In this document: positions 18,856 to 26,491 of the stretch, in pieces
Layout: every line of letters begins with the position of its first letter
Numbering within the stretch: position 1 is the first letter of the stretch
DNA from: an uncultured Anaerolineaceae bacterium
GTDB taxonomy: Bacteria > Chloroflexota > Anaerolineae > Anaerolineales > DRMV01
DNA: 48,586 nucleotides
Assembly: GCA_964474015.1 (NCBI GenBank)
Contig: CAYYRG010000001.1
Location: 1 to 48,586, forward strand
Direction of reading: 5' to 3'
The notes under the pieces: generated by a model
Seen by the model: the letters and a program-made list of their open reading frames with translations, nothing else
Told to the model about the DNA's origin: nothing
Databases searched by the model: none
Position numbers and translations under genes: made by a program

Positions 18856-19890
18856 CTACTTGCGCGGGAATTGAACCAGAATGACCGAGATGTTATCTGG
18901 CCCGCCGCCCGCATTGGCCGCCTTGACCAGTTCCTGACACGCCACGGCGGGGGAAGGTGAAGAAACCACGATCTGGAAGAGTTCCTCTTCCGAAACCACG
19001 CCCCACAGGCCATCAGAGCAAAGCATCAGGAAGCCCTGGCGCGGGGCGGGTGTGATGAAGACATCGGGGTCAAAAGGTTCGGCCTGGCCCAAGGCGCGAT
19101 AAAGCACATTGCGTTGCGGGTGAACGGCTGCTTCTTCGGCGCTCAACTGCCCCAGTTCCTCCAGCCGCTTCACCAGCGAATGGTCGCGGGTCAACACTTC
19201 CATCCGCCCATCGGGGAAGATCGCGTAAGCGCGGCTATCGCCCACGTGGGCAATGGTAATTTGCTCGTTGAGCAGCAAGGCAGCCGTGATCGTCGTCCCA
19301 CCGCCGGGGGCGTATTCCACCACCGCGCGATGGGCGCGCCGCACCCCTTCGCGCATCAAATCCATCAGCGCCTCTTGGGGCACTTCGGGGTTGACTTTGA
19401 AAAGCGGGCTGTGGACTGCATCCATCAAATACTGAGCCATCGCCCGCGCGGCAACCTCGGAAGCCACCTCGCCATGCTGGTGCCCCCCCATGCCATCGGC
19501 AACGACGAACAAGCCGAAAAGATGGTCGCGTCCGTTGGCACTGAGGTTGGAAACCGTCGCGTAGAGCGCGTCTTCGTTGTGTTCCCGCTGCAGGCCTGTG
19601 GAATACCCCAGGCCCACGCTCACCTGGTCGGGGCGCAGGGGCATACCGACGTTTTCCAGCAGGTTTTCCACTTCCCCTTCTTCCAACGGGCGGGTGCTTG
19701 CAACGCCCGCGGCTGCATGGAGTTCCTCAGGAGGAATGGGGAGGGTGGTTTGTTTTGTCTCGTCCCGAGGGGGCTGCGCCTCAGGGGACGCGTGTTCCTC
19801 AGATTGAGAAGGCGCGAGGGGCTGCGCCTCCCGCTCGGCCTTTAGCGGCGATAGCCATGCGCGAAGTCGCTCTACCAACGGCAGTTTCAT
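18856..19890 (-). CDS. PP2C-family Ser/Thr phosphatase
   Basis: [38 protein letters not shown]. Preceded by a low-complexity N-terminal region of about 90 aa. Confidence 0.92.
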   Translation of the reverse strand: MKLPLVERLRAWLSPLKAEREAQPLAPSQSEEHASPEAQPPRDETKQTTLPIPPEELHAAAGVASTRPLEEGEVENLLENVGMPLRPDQVSVGLGYSTGLQREHNEDALYATVSNLSANGRDHLFGLFVVADGMGGHQHGEVASEVAARAMAQYLMDAVHSPLFKVNPEVPQEALMDLMREGVRRAHRAVVEYAPGGGTTITAALLLNEQITIAHVGDSRAYAIFPDGRMEVLTRDHSLVKRLEELGQLSAEEAAVHPQRNVLYRALGQAEPFDPDVFITPAPRQGFLMLCSDGLWGVVSEEELFQIVVSSPSPAVACQELVKAANAGGGPDNISVILVQFPRK

Positions 19891-19932
19891 AAAATGCTCC
19901 TTCTCAGCCGTGCTCTTGAAGGCACCTGGCGC

Positions 19933-20481
19933 CTATCGATGCACGACGTTATTCCCTTGCATGCAATAATCAGCCCACGCCACCGGAATCTGCAGCACGT
20001 TGATACGCTCGCAGGGGGGGACGCCCTGGCCCACGTAGGCGATCATCCATAACCCCTCTACCCTGGCAGCAAACCACATCGCGCCTTCCATCTCGCCGAT
20101 TTTCTTGACCGTGCCGCGAGCAAAGCCATCGGGGCGAATGTCGGCAATGTCCATCGCCATCTGGGAAGGCGGCCAGGCGAGGTAAGCCGCGAGGGCGTTA
20201 CGCAGGGCAGTGGCATCATCGGGGGTGGGGGCTGGCGCGGGGGTGGGGGGCACAGGCGCGGGCGCGGCTGCCGTGGCCTGCCAGCCGGCAAGTTGGGTGC
20301 TCTGGGCGGCAATGGTGGCGGGGTAGTCTGGCGTGGGCGCCTGATGGGTAAGCGCAGCCAGTTGGGTAGCCACAGCCGCCTGCACGGTGGCCTGTGCATT
20401 AGGGGTGGGCGATGCACCGCTACACGCAGCCAGGCCCAGGCTTCCCACAAGCATCAAGAAAAACACGGCATACCGCTTCAT
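19933..20481 (-). CDS. Hypothetical lipoprotein
   Basis: Signal peptide with lipobox LGLAACSG, an Ala/Pro/Thr-rich linker, then a globular C-terminal part of about 90 aa with no motif I recognise. Confidence 0.65.
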   Translation of the reverse strand: MKRYAVFFLMLVGSLGLAACSGASPTPNAQATVQAAVATQLAALTHQAPTPDYPATIAAQSTQLAGWQATAAAPAPVPPTPAPAPTPDDATALRNALAAYLAWPPSQMAMDIADIRPDGFARGTVKKIGEMEGAMWFAARVEGLWMIAYVGQGVPPCERINVLQIPVAWADYCMQGNNVVHR

Positions 20482-20523
20482 CTTTGTTCCTCCTCTTCGG
20501 GGGAGCGTGAAGACAGGGAAGCC

Positions 20524-22494
20524 TCACGCAATCATCAAAGCGTACAGGCGGTGGTCGGTCGAGCCAAAATAAAGCACGTTGTTGTAAATGACAGCCCCCC
20601 CGATAATCGCGCCATCGGTGGGGAATTTCCAGCGCAGGCGTCCGTTGCGGAGTTCCAGCGAATACATGTTGCCGTCGGCTGAGCCGACGTAGACGGCATC
20701 CTGGTAAATCACTGGCGAGCCGGGCACCTGATGCTCGGTTTTGAAGCGCCACAGTTCGCGCCCCCGCTCACCATCAACGCAATACACATAGCCGTCGGCT
20801 GAGCCAACCACGACATATTGGCCTTCGACTGCCGGGGAAGAAACGGTTCCCTTCCCCATGCGATAGCGCCACAGCACCCAGCCACTCTCCGCATCCAGGG
20901 CGTGAAGCGCACCGCTGAGATCGGCAAAATAGGCTGTTTTGGCGACGACGGTAGGCGAGGCCGTGATGTTGCGCTTGGCGCGGTAACGCCAGAGCAGCTT
21001 ACCGCGAAAATCGAGGGCGTAAAATTCACCGGCCTCGTTGCCGAAATAGACGTGCTGCTCCCCCAGGGCAGGGGTGGAACGAATGGGCGCGCCGGTTTCG
21101 AAAGCCCACACGCGCCGCCCGCTGCTTGCGTGCACGACATGCAGGCGGCCATCGTCAGCCCCAAAGAAGAGGTAGCCTTCGGACATCCGTGCCGAGGAAT
21201 AAATGGGGCTTTGGGTGGCATACGTCCACACCTGACGGCCATAGGCACGCGCCACAGCATAGAATTTGCCATCGCGTGAGCCGAAGTAAAGGTGCTTCTT
21301 GTCGGCCAACGGGCGGGTGACCACGCCATCGTGCGTGGGGAACTTCCAGAGCATTTCGCCATCGCTGGCCCGCAGGGCATAAACGTTGGTGTCGTAAGAG
21401 CCGATATACACCACGCCGTCGTGAAAAAGCGGCGTGCCACGAATTTCATCTTCGGCCTCGAAAACCCAAATGGGTTTGATGTCACCCTGCCCAACCAGGC
21501 TGGCCGTCATGCTGTGGGTGCCACTTTTGAGGTTGGCGCTAAGCAGCGAAAGTGTGCCGGTTTTTCGCGCGACGGCCAGCAGGGCGGCTTTCATCTCCAT
21601 CGCGCTTTGGAAGCGTTTCTCAGGGCTGTATTCCACCGCCCGCTGAATGACGGCTTCGAATTCAGGGGAAACGCTGGGGTTGATGCTGCGCACCGGTCGT
21701 TCGTGGAACGAAAACGGCGGCTCAGCGCGCGGATCACGCCGCGTCAGCAGGTGGTGAAGCGTGGCGCCGAGGGCATAAATATCCACCAGCGGGGTGGCTT
21801 CGCCGCGATATTGCTCTGGCGGGGCATAGCCTTCGGTCCCGATCATCGTGCCTTTCTGCCCGGCCTGGAAGAGTTTGGCAATGCCAAAATCAACCACCAT
21901 CAGTTTGCCCGACGCCGTCAGCATGACATTGGAGGGCTTCATATCACGGAAGATGACCGGCGTCGGCTGGCGGGTGTGGAGATAATGCAAAACGTCGCAC
22001 AGTTCGATGGCCCAGGCCAGCACTTGCTCTTCGGGCAGAAAGCCTTCCGTGCTGTTGAGCACTTCTTCCAGATCGCGCCCATTGATGAATTCCAGCACCA
22101 GGTAAGCGCGTGCGTTTTGGGTAAAGTAGTCGTAAATATGCGGAATGGCAGGATGGCTCAAACTGGCAATGATGTGGGCTTCTCGCTCAAAGTTGCGGAA
22201 CATGGTTTCGCGGGTGGCGGGGTCGTCGGTTTGCGTGTGCATTTCCTTGACCGCCACCAGTTTGACGATGTTAGGGAAATGCAAATCCCGCGCCCGATAA
22301 ACCGCGCTCATGCCCCCCACGCCCACCACTTCTTGAATTAAATAGCGGTTGGCCAACGCCATACCCGGGGTCAGGCGCTGCCCTGCTTCCAGTGGAGTCT
22401 CGGTTTCCAGTTTCTGGGTAATGCGCCGGGTTTCCAGTTTGTACCTCCTGCTCAGGCGTGCTGCTTCCCGCCCTGGCAAAACCAGCCTCTGCAC
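20524..22494 (-). CDS. Ser/Thr protein kinase fused to a PQQ-like beta-propeller
   Basis: Kinase motifs GVGGMSAVY, AVKE, FRDMKPSNV, DFGIAK. The C-terminal half has repeated xxVYxGSxDGxxYALxxxxGxxxW blades. The ORF-track start is a GTG at 22494; the exact start is uncertain. Confidence 0.9.
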   Translation of the reverse strand: MQRLVLPGREAARLSRRYKLETRRITQKLETETPLEAGQRLTPGMALANRYLIQEVVGVGGMSAVYRARDLHFPNIVKLVAVKEMHTQTDDPATRETMFRNFEREAHIIASLSHPAIPHIYDYFTQNARAYLVLEFINGRDLEEVLNSTEGFLPEEQVLAWAIELCDVLHYLHTRQPTPVIFRDMKPSNVMLTASGKLMVVDFGIAKLFQAGQKGTMIGTEGYAPPEQYRGEATPLVDIYALGATLHHLLTRRDPRAEPPFSFHERPVRSINPSVSPEFEAVIQRAVEYSPEKRFQSAMEMKAALLAVARKTGTLSLLSANLKSGTHSMTASLVGQGDIKPIWVFEAEDEIRGTPLFHDGVVYIGSYDTNVYALRASDGEMLWKFPTHDGVVTRPLADKKHLYFGSRDGKFYAVARAYGRQVWTYATQSPIYSSARMSEGYLFFGADDGRLHVVHASSGRRVWAFETGAPIRSTPALGEQHVYFGNEAGEFYALDFRGKLLWRYRAKRNITASPTVVAKTAYFADLSGALHALDAESGWVLWRYRMGKGTVSSPAVEGQYVVVGSADGYVYCVDGERGRELWRFKTEHQVPGSPVIYQDAVYVGSADGNMYSLELRNGRLRWKFPTDGAIIGGAVIYNNVLYFGSTDHRLYALMIA

Positions 22495-22514
22495 GCTGAA
22501 ATTACATTAAAGTT

Positions 22515-22543
22515 ATTATAGCCGCTTGCTGCAGGTTTTGCAA
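22515..22543 (-). promoter_or_regulatory. Consensus-like sigma70 promoter of the signalling operon
   Basis: Minus strand: TTGCAA (22543-22538), 17-nt spacer, TATAAT (22520-22515). Confidence 0.6.
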
Positions 22544-22560
22544 ACTTTGCCGAACTAAAA

Positions 22561-22783
22561 TCAGGAAAGGCGTTGGGACATTTTTGGAGAGCCCAGTGGC
22601 CTTGTAGGAAGCCATATCTCTTATGTCATTGCGAGCCGCGGCGCGGCGAAGCAATCTCTCCGGGGGGGGCGAGATGGCTTGGGCTTCTTGCTTGCCAGCG
22701 ACGGGATGGCTCCGCCTCCTTCGCCAGGCTCAGGGGCCCTCGCCACGGCCCTATTCTTGTCCGAACTCCCGTCCGAACCTCAG
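22561..22783 (+). repeat. Intergenic repeat family, copy A
   Basis: The core at 22561-22680 aligns by eye with the reverse complement of 38490-38610 at roughly four-fifths identity over about 90 nt. The best block is tcattgcgagccgcggYgcggcgaagcaaYctc, 31/33. A hairpin agcaatctc/gagatggct lies at 22650-22679. Confidence 0.7.
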
Positions 22784-22818
22784 TGCCGAAATTCTGGCAG
22801 GCAACCTGGCTGATGATG

Positions 22819-23832
22819 CTACCTGTTTTCTGCCCGGCTCGACAAAGGCGCTTTCCCATTATGAACCGCGACGATTTCCGCAATAATGCCCACGGCAATG
22901 GCTTCAAAAGAAGCCCCCACCTTGAAGCCCACCGGCCCGTGGATGCGCGCCAGGTCGTCCGCGCTGAAGCCCAAGGCCCGCAAGGCCTCTCTACGGGCGG
23001 CCTGGGTGCGCCGAGAACCCAACAGGCCAATGTAGCCGACCGGGCTGCGTAGCGCTGCGGCCAGGGCGGGCACATCGAACTTGGGGTCATGGGCCAGCGC
23101 CACCACAGCATCGGCAGGCCGCAGGTAGCGGGGAGGAAGGGCTTCCTGCGGCCAGGCGCGCACGATTTCGTCGGCAGCAGGGAAGCGCTCGCGGGTGGCA
23201 AAAGGCGCGCGGGGATCGATGACGCGCACACGATACCCCGCCACCGCGGCCAGGCGCGCCAACAGTTGGGCCAGATGCACCGCGCCCACAATGTTCAGCG
23301 TCGGCGGCGGGACGAATGTTTGCACGAAGCATTCCCCCTGGGGCGTTGTGCGGTGGGCAGCCAGGGGGCCAGGGAATGCGCCTTCCAGCGCGGCGGCCAG
23401 GGCGAGGTTGCCTTCCCTGCGGCCATCTTCCCAGGCAAGAAGATGCCCCTTCCCCTCAAGGGAAGTCACCAACGCCACGGTTTCCCCCTGCCGCAAGGCG
23501 GTGAGCAAGTGCACATGCACGTCGGTAAATAAGGAAACATGCACCGCGATTTCACCACCGCACGTCAGCCCCACTTCCCACGAGCCTTCGTCGGTCATGG
23601 CAAAGCGCAACGTATGGGCGGCTTTGCCGTCCAGCAGCGCCTGGGCTTCTTGCACCACCGCGCTTTCCACACAGCCGGTGCTGACCGAGCCGGCGATCTT
23701 TCCCGAAGCGGTGACGGCCAGCCATGAGCCGACCGGGCGCGGGGTCGAACGCTGAGCCTGTACGACCACCGCCAGCGCTATCCGTTCCCCCTCAGCCTGC
23801 CATTGTTCCAGCTCGGATAGAATTTCGCGCAT
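22819..23832 (-). CDS. XdhC/CoxI-family accessory protein
   Basis: N-terminal XdhC_CoxI-like region (ALAVVVQAQRSTPRPVGS...GSVSTGCVE) and a Rossmann-like LNIVGAVHLAQLLARLAAVAGYRVRVIDPR. Start at ATG 23832 with GGAGGAG upstream. The 538-aa ORF-track version is an artefact. Confidence 0.85.
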   Translation of the reverse strand: MREILSELEQWQAEGERIALAVVVQAQRSTPRPVGSWLAVTASGKIAGSVSTGCVESAVVQEAQALLDGKAAHTLRFAMTDEGSWEVGLTCGGEIAVHVSLFTDVHVHLLTALRQGETVALVTSLEGKGHLLAWEDGRREGNLALAAALEGAFPGPLAAHRTTPQGECFVQTFVPPPTLNIVGAVHLAQLLARLAAVAGYRVRVIDPRAPFATRERFPAADEIVRAWPQEALPPRYLRPADAVVALAHDPKFDVPALAAALRSPVGYIGLLGSRRTQAARREALRALGFSADDLARIHGPVGFKVGASFEAIAVGIIAEIVAVHNGKAPLSSRAENR

Positions 23833-24018
23833 GATAGCATCTCCTCCTGGAAGGGCTTTTTCAAGGACAATTGTACCGCCTCCACCAGCCGCCCACGGCT
23901 CGGATACAGAAAAATACAACTTTTCTGCCAAAAAGAGGCGAATTCCCCTGCTACGGCGCTTGAAAGAGCATTCGCCGGTGGGCTGAAAGCGCTGCAACCC
24001 CTGGCGCGACAAATTTAC

Positions 24019-24047
24019 TTGCTGGAAACCGCAAAAACGGCTATACT
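24019..24047 (+). promoter_or_regulatory. Sigma70 promoter of the BMP lipoprotein gene
   Basis: TTGCTG (24019-24024), 17-nt spacer, TATACT (24042-24047). Confidence 0.5.
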
Positions 24048-24088
24048 TACGCCCGACGTAATCCCTTTCTCTCTTCAGGAGGAGCAAG

Positions 24089-25264
24089 ATGCGCAAGAAA
24101 CTCTTCATCTTGGTTGCCATGCTCTTGATTGCCGTGGTGGCACTGGCCGCGTGCGGCAAACAGAGCCCGGCAACGCAGGCCCCGGCTGCCACGCAGGCAC
24201 CCGCGGCGACCGAAGCGCCGGCCGCGACAGAGGCCCCCGCGGCAACCGAAGCACCCGCAGCCACCGAGGCCCCTACCCAGGCGCCGACCGAGGCTTCTAA
24301 AGAGCTCGATTGCGCCAGCCCCGATGTGTTCTGCGTGGGCCTGGTGACCGACGTCGGCCAGATTGACGACAAGTCCTTCAACCAGTCCGCCTGGGAAGGC
24401 GTCAAAGAGGCCAAGGCCAAGGGCATCGCCGACAAAATCGACTACATCGAGACCACCGACGCCAAAGACTACGCGACCAACATCCAACTGTTCGCCGACA
24501 ACGGCTATGACGTCATCGTGACCGTGGGCTTTGCGCTGGGTCAGGCAACTGACGAAATGGCGCAGAAGTACCCGAACATCAAGTTCATCGGCGTCGATCA
24601 GTTCCAGGCCAAGCCGGTAGCGAATGTGGCAGGCTTGATCTTCCACGAAGACCAGGCTGGCTTCCTCGCCGGTGCGCTGGCTGCCATGCTGACCAAGACC
24701 AACACCATTGGCGCCGTGCTGGGCACCAACCTGGTGCCGCCGGTGGTGGCCTTCAAAGAAGGCTATGAAGCCGGTGCGCGCTACATCAAGCCCGACATCA
24801 AGACCATCTCTACCTACCACCCCGGCGGGCTGGACAACGCCTTCACCGACCCCGAATGGGGCGCGGCGACCGCTAAGCAGGCGATGGACCAGGGCGCTGA
24901 CGTCATCTTCGGCGCGGGCGGCAAAACCGGCAACGGCGCGCTCATCGAGGTGGCTTCCGCTGCGAAATCTGGCAAGCAGGTTTACTGCATCGGCGTGGAC
25001 ACCGACCAGTGGCTGACCGTGCCCGAGGCACACCCCTGCCTGGTCAGCAGCGCGATGAAACTGATCACCCCCGGCGTGTTCGACCTGATCAAGCTGGCGA
25101 AAGACGGCAAATTCCCCAGCGGCAACTACTACGGCAAAACCGGCCTGGCCCCCTTCCACGACTTCGACAGCAAGATTCCGCAGGAAGTCAAAGATAAACT
25201 GAACGAGATCCGCCAGGGCCTGCTGGACGGTACCATCTCGACCGGCTACAAACCCGGCGGGTAA
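24089..25264 (+). CDS. BMP-family (basic membrane protein, PnrA/Med-like) ABC substrate-binding lipoprotein
   Basis: Lipobox LAACG. BMP-family motifs DKSFNQSAWEG, VGFALGQA, VIFGAGGKTGNGAL, GVDTDQ. Confidence 0.88.
   Translation: MRKKLFILVAMLLIAVVALAACGKQSPATQAPAATQAPAATEAPAATEAPAATEAPAATEAPTQAPTEASKELDCASPDVFCVGLVTDVGQIDDKSFNQSAWEGVKEAKAKGIADKIDYIETTDAKDYATNIQLFADNGYDVIVTVGFALGQATDEMAQKYPNIKFIGVDQFQAKPVANVAGLIFHEDQAGFLAGALAAMLTKTNTIGAVLGTNLVPPVVAFKEGYEAGARYIKPDIKTISTYHPGGLDNAFTDPEWGAATAKQAMDQGADVIFGAGGKTGNGALIEVASAAKSGKQVYCIGVDTDQWLTVPEAHPCLVSSAMKLITPGVFDLIKLAKDGKFPSGNYYGKTGLAPFHDFDSKIPQEVKDKLNEIRQGLLDGTISTGYKPGG
24167..24292 (+). repeat. In-frame 18-nt tandem repeat encoding an APAAT[QE] linker
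   Basis: Five full APAAT(Q/E) units plus partial flanking units, immediately after the lipobox cysteine. Confidence 0.85.
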
Positions 25265-25283
25265 ATTCCTCGCTGGTATAGCC

Positions 25284-25325
25284 AAAAAAGCCTGACAGGA
25301 AAACCTGTCAGGCTTTTTCTTTTTG
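25284..25325. terminator. Bidirectional rho-independent terminator
   Basis: aaaaaa, then agcctgacagg, loop aaaa, cctgtcaggct, then tttttcttttt. It lies between the convergent BMP and radical SAM genes. Confidence 0.85.
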
Positions 25326-25346
25326 TGGGTTTCGCTTGCTTTTGGC

Positions 25347-26459
25347 TCACCATACCAGCCGCGGGCGTCCGGGGCCACCCAGCCTGACTTTGGCCGGGTC
25401 GTCGGGCCACACCCCAGGCACAGGCTTCCCGCAGCGGGGGCAGGTGCCTTCGGCAGTGATGTGATATGCCTCAATGATGTAGCCCCAGCGCTTGATGAGC
25501 GGTGCGCCGCAGTGCGGGCAAAAAGTATGCTCATATTCGCCCACGTGCCCCGGCAGGTTGCCGGCGTAAACAAAGTGCAGTCCGGCTTCCTGCCCAATTT
25601 CCGCCGCACGGATGAGGGTTTCAACCGAGGTGGGCGGGGGCTCGGTCATTTTGTAGTCGGGGTGGAAGGCGGTGACGTGCCACGGAATGTCGGGGGAAAC
25701 CGAGGCGATGAAGCGGGCTGCATCCATCAACATTTCCACGCTATCGTTGTAACCGGGGATGATCAGCGTGACCACCTCGACCCAGAACCCCATTTCGTGC
25801 GCTGCCCGGATGGTATCGAGCACCCGGTTGAGGTTGCCGCCGAGTTTGTGGTATTCCCGCGGGTCCATCGTTTTGAGGTCGATTTTGTAGCCGTCCAGCC
25901 ACGGTTTGAGGAATTCTAACGCCTCGGGGGTGGCGTGGCCGTTGGAGACGAACACGGTTTTCAAGCCATGCTGCTTGGCCAGGCGGAAGATGTCCACCGC
26001 CCACTCAAGGGTAATCAGCGGTTCGTTGTAAGACGAGGCGATGGTGGAAGCCCCGGCGCGGAGCGCCGCCTGCACGATTTCTTCGGGCGTGGTGCGGCGG
26101 ATGAAGCGCCCGGCAATATCGGCAGCCGGATCGCGCAGGGCTTGCGAGGTCAGCCAGTTCTGGCAGAAGGGGCAGTGCATATCGCAGCCCAACATGCCGA
26201 AGGTGAGCGCGTCAGAGCCGGGCATGAAGTGGTAAAAGGGCTTTTTCTCGATGGGGTCGGCTTGCAAGCCGGCAACGTAACCCCACGGCACCATCAACTT
26301 GCCGTCGCGGTTGAACCGCACCTGGCACACCCCCCGCCGCCCCGGCTTGATGACGCAACGGTGGCCGCACGCCAGGCATCGCACGCTGCCGTCTTCCAGC
26401 GTTTCATACAGTTTTCCTTCGACAGTCAGGCTATCCAGCAAATCTCCCAAGGTGGTCAT
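25347..26459 (-). CDS. AmmeMemoRadiSam-system-type radical SAM enzyme
   Basis: CDMHCPFCQNW (CxxxCxxC) cluster. N-terminal Cys-rich VRCLACGHRCVIKPGRRGVCQVR and C-terminal CPHCG...CPRCG ribbon, as I recall for this family. Start at ATG 26459 with GGAGG upstream. Confidence 0.85.
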   Translation of the reverse strand: MTTLGDLLDSLTVEGKLYETLEDGSVRCLACGHRCVIKPGRRGVCQVRFNRDGKLMVPWGYVAGLQADPIEKKPFYHFMPGSDALTFGMLGCDMHCPFCQNWLTSQALRDPAADIAGRFIRRTTPEEIVQAALRAGASTIASSYNEPLITLEWAVDIFRLAKQHGLKTVFVSNGHATPEALEFLKPWLDGYKIDLKTMDPREYHKLGGNLNRVLDTIRAAHEMGFWVEVVTLIIPGYNDSVEMLMDAARFIASVSPDIPWHVTAFHPDYKMTEPPPTSVETLIRAAEIGQEAGLHFVYAGNLPGHVGEYEHTFCPHCGAPLIKRWGYIIEAYHITAEGTCPRCGKPVPGVWPDDPAKVRLGGPGRPRLVW

Positions 26460-26491
26460 GGTACACCTCCTCTGCAAATGCAGCAAGCCGG

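Noticed and set aside
23850-24088. Possible purine, ZTP or other riboswitch upstream of the BMP nucleoside-binding lipoprotein gene.
   Set aside because: I found no conserved riboswitch core (no purine-riboswitch junction sequences and no pfl/ZTP GGGTCGTGAC...CCGCCTGGGC pattern). A good promoter at 24019-24047 leaves a leader of only about 35 nt.
23833-24435. The 538-aa ORF-track version of the XdhC-like gene, with an N-terminal GASVAA repeat.
   Set aside because: The GASVAAGASVAA stretch is the reverse-strand image of the APAATE repeat in the BMP gene. A GGAGGAG-preceded ATG at 23832 gives a normal-length XdhC protein.
24047-25624. Long antisense ORFs opposite real genes: 24047..25624(-), 45728..47032(-), 10817..12460(+), 17471..18823(+), 47443..48468(-), 2788..3789(-), 9603..10637(+), 21292..22341(+), 26495..27934(+), 5827..6912(+).
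   Set aside because: These are typical shadow ORFs of a GC-rich genome. Their translations are Arg/Gly/Ala/Pro/His-rich low-complexity sequence with no family motifs, and each lies opposite a gene with clear conserved motifs.
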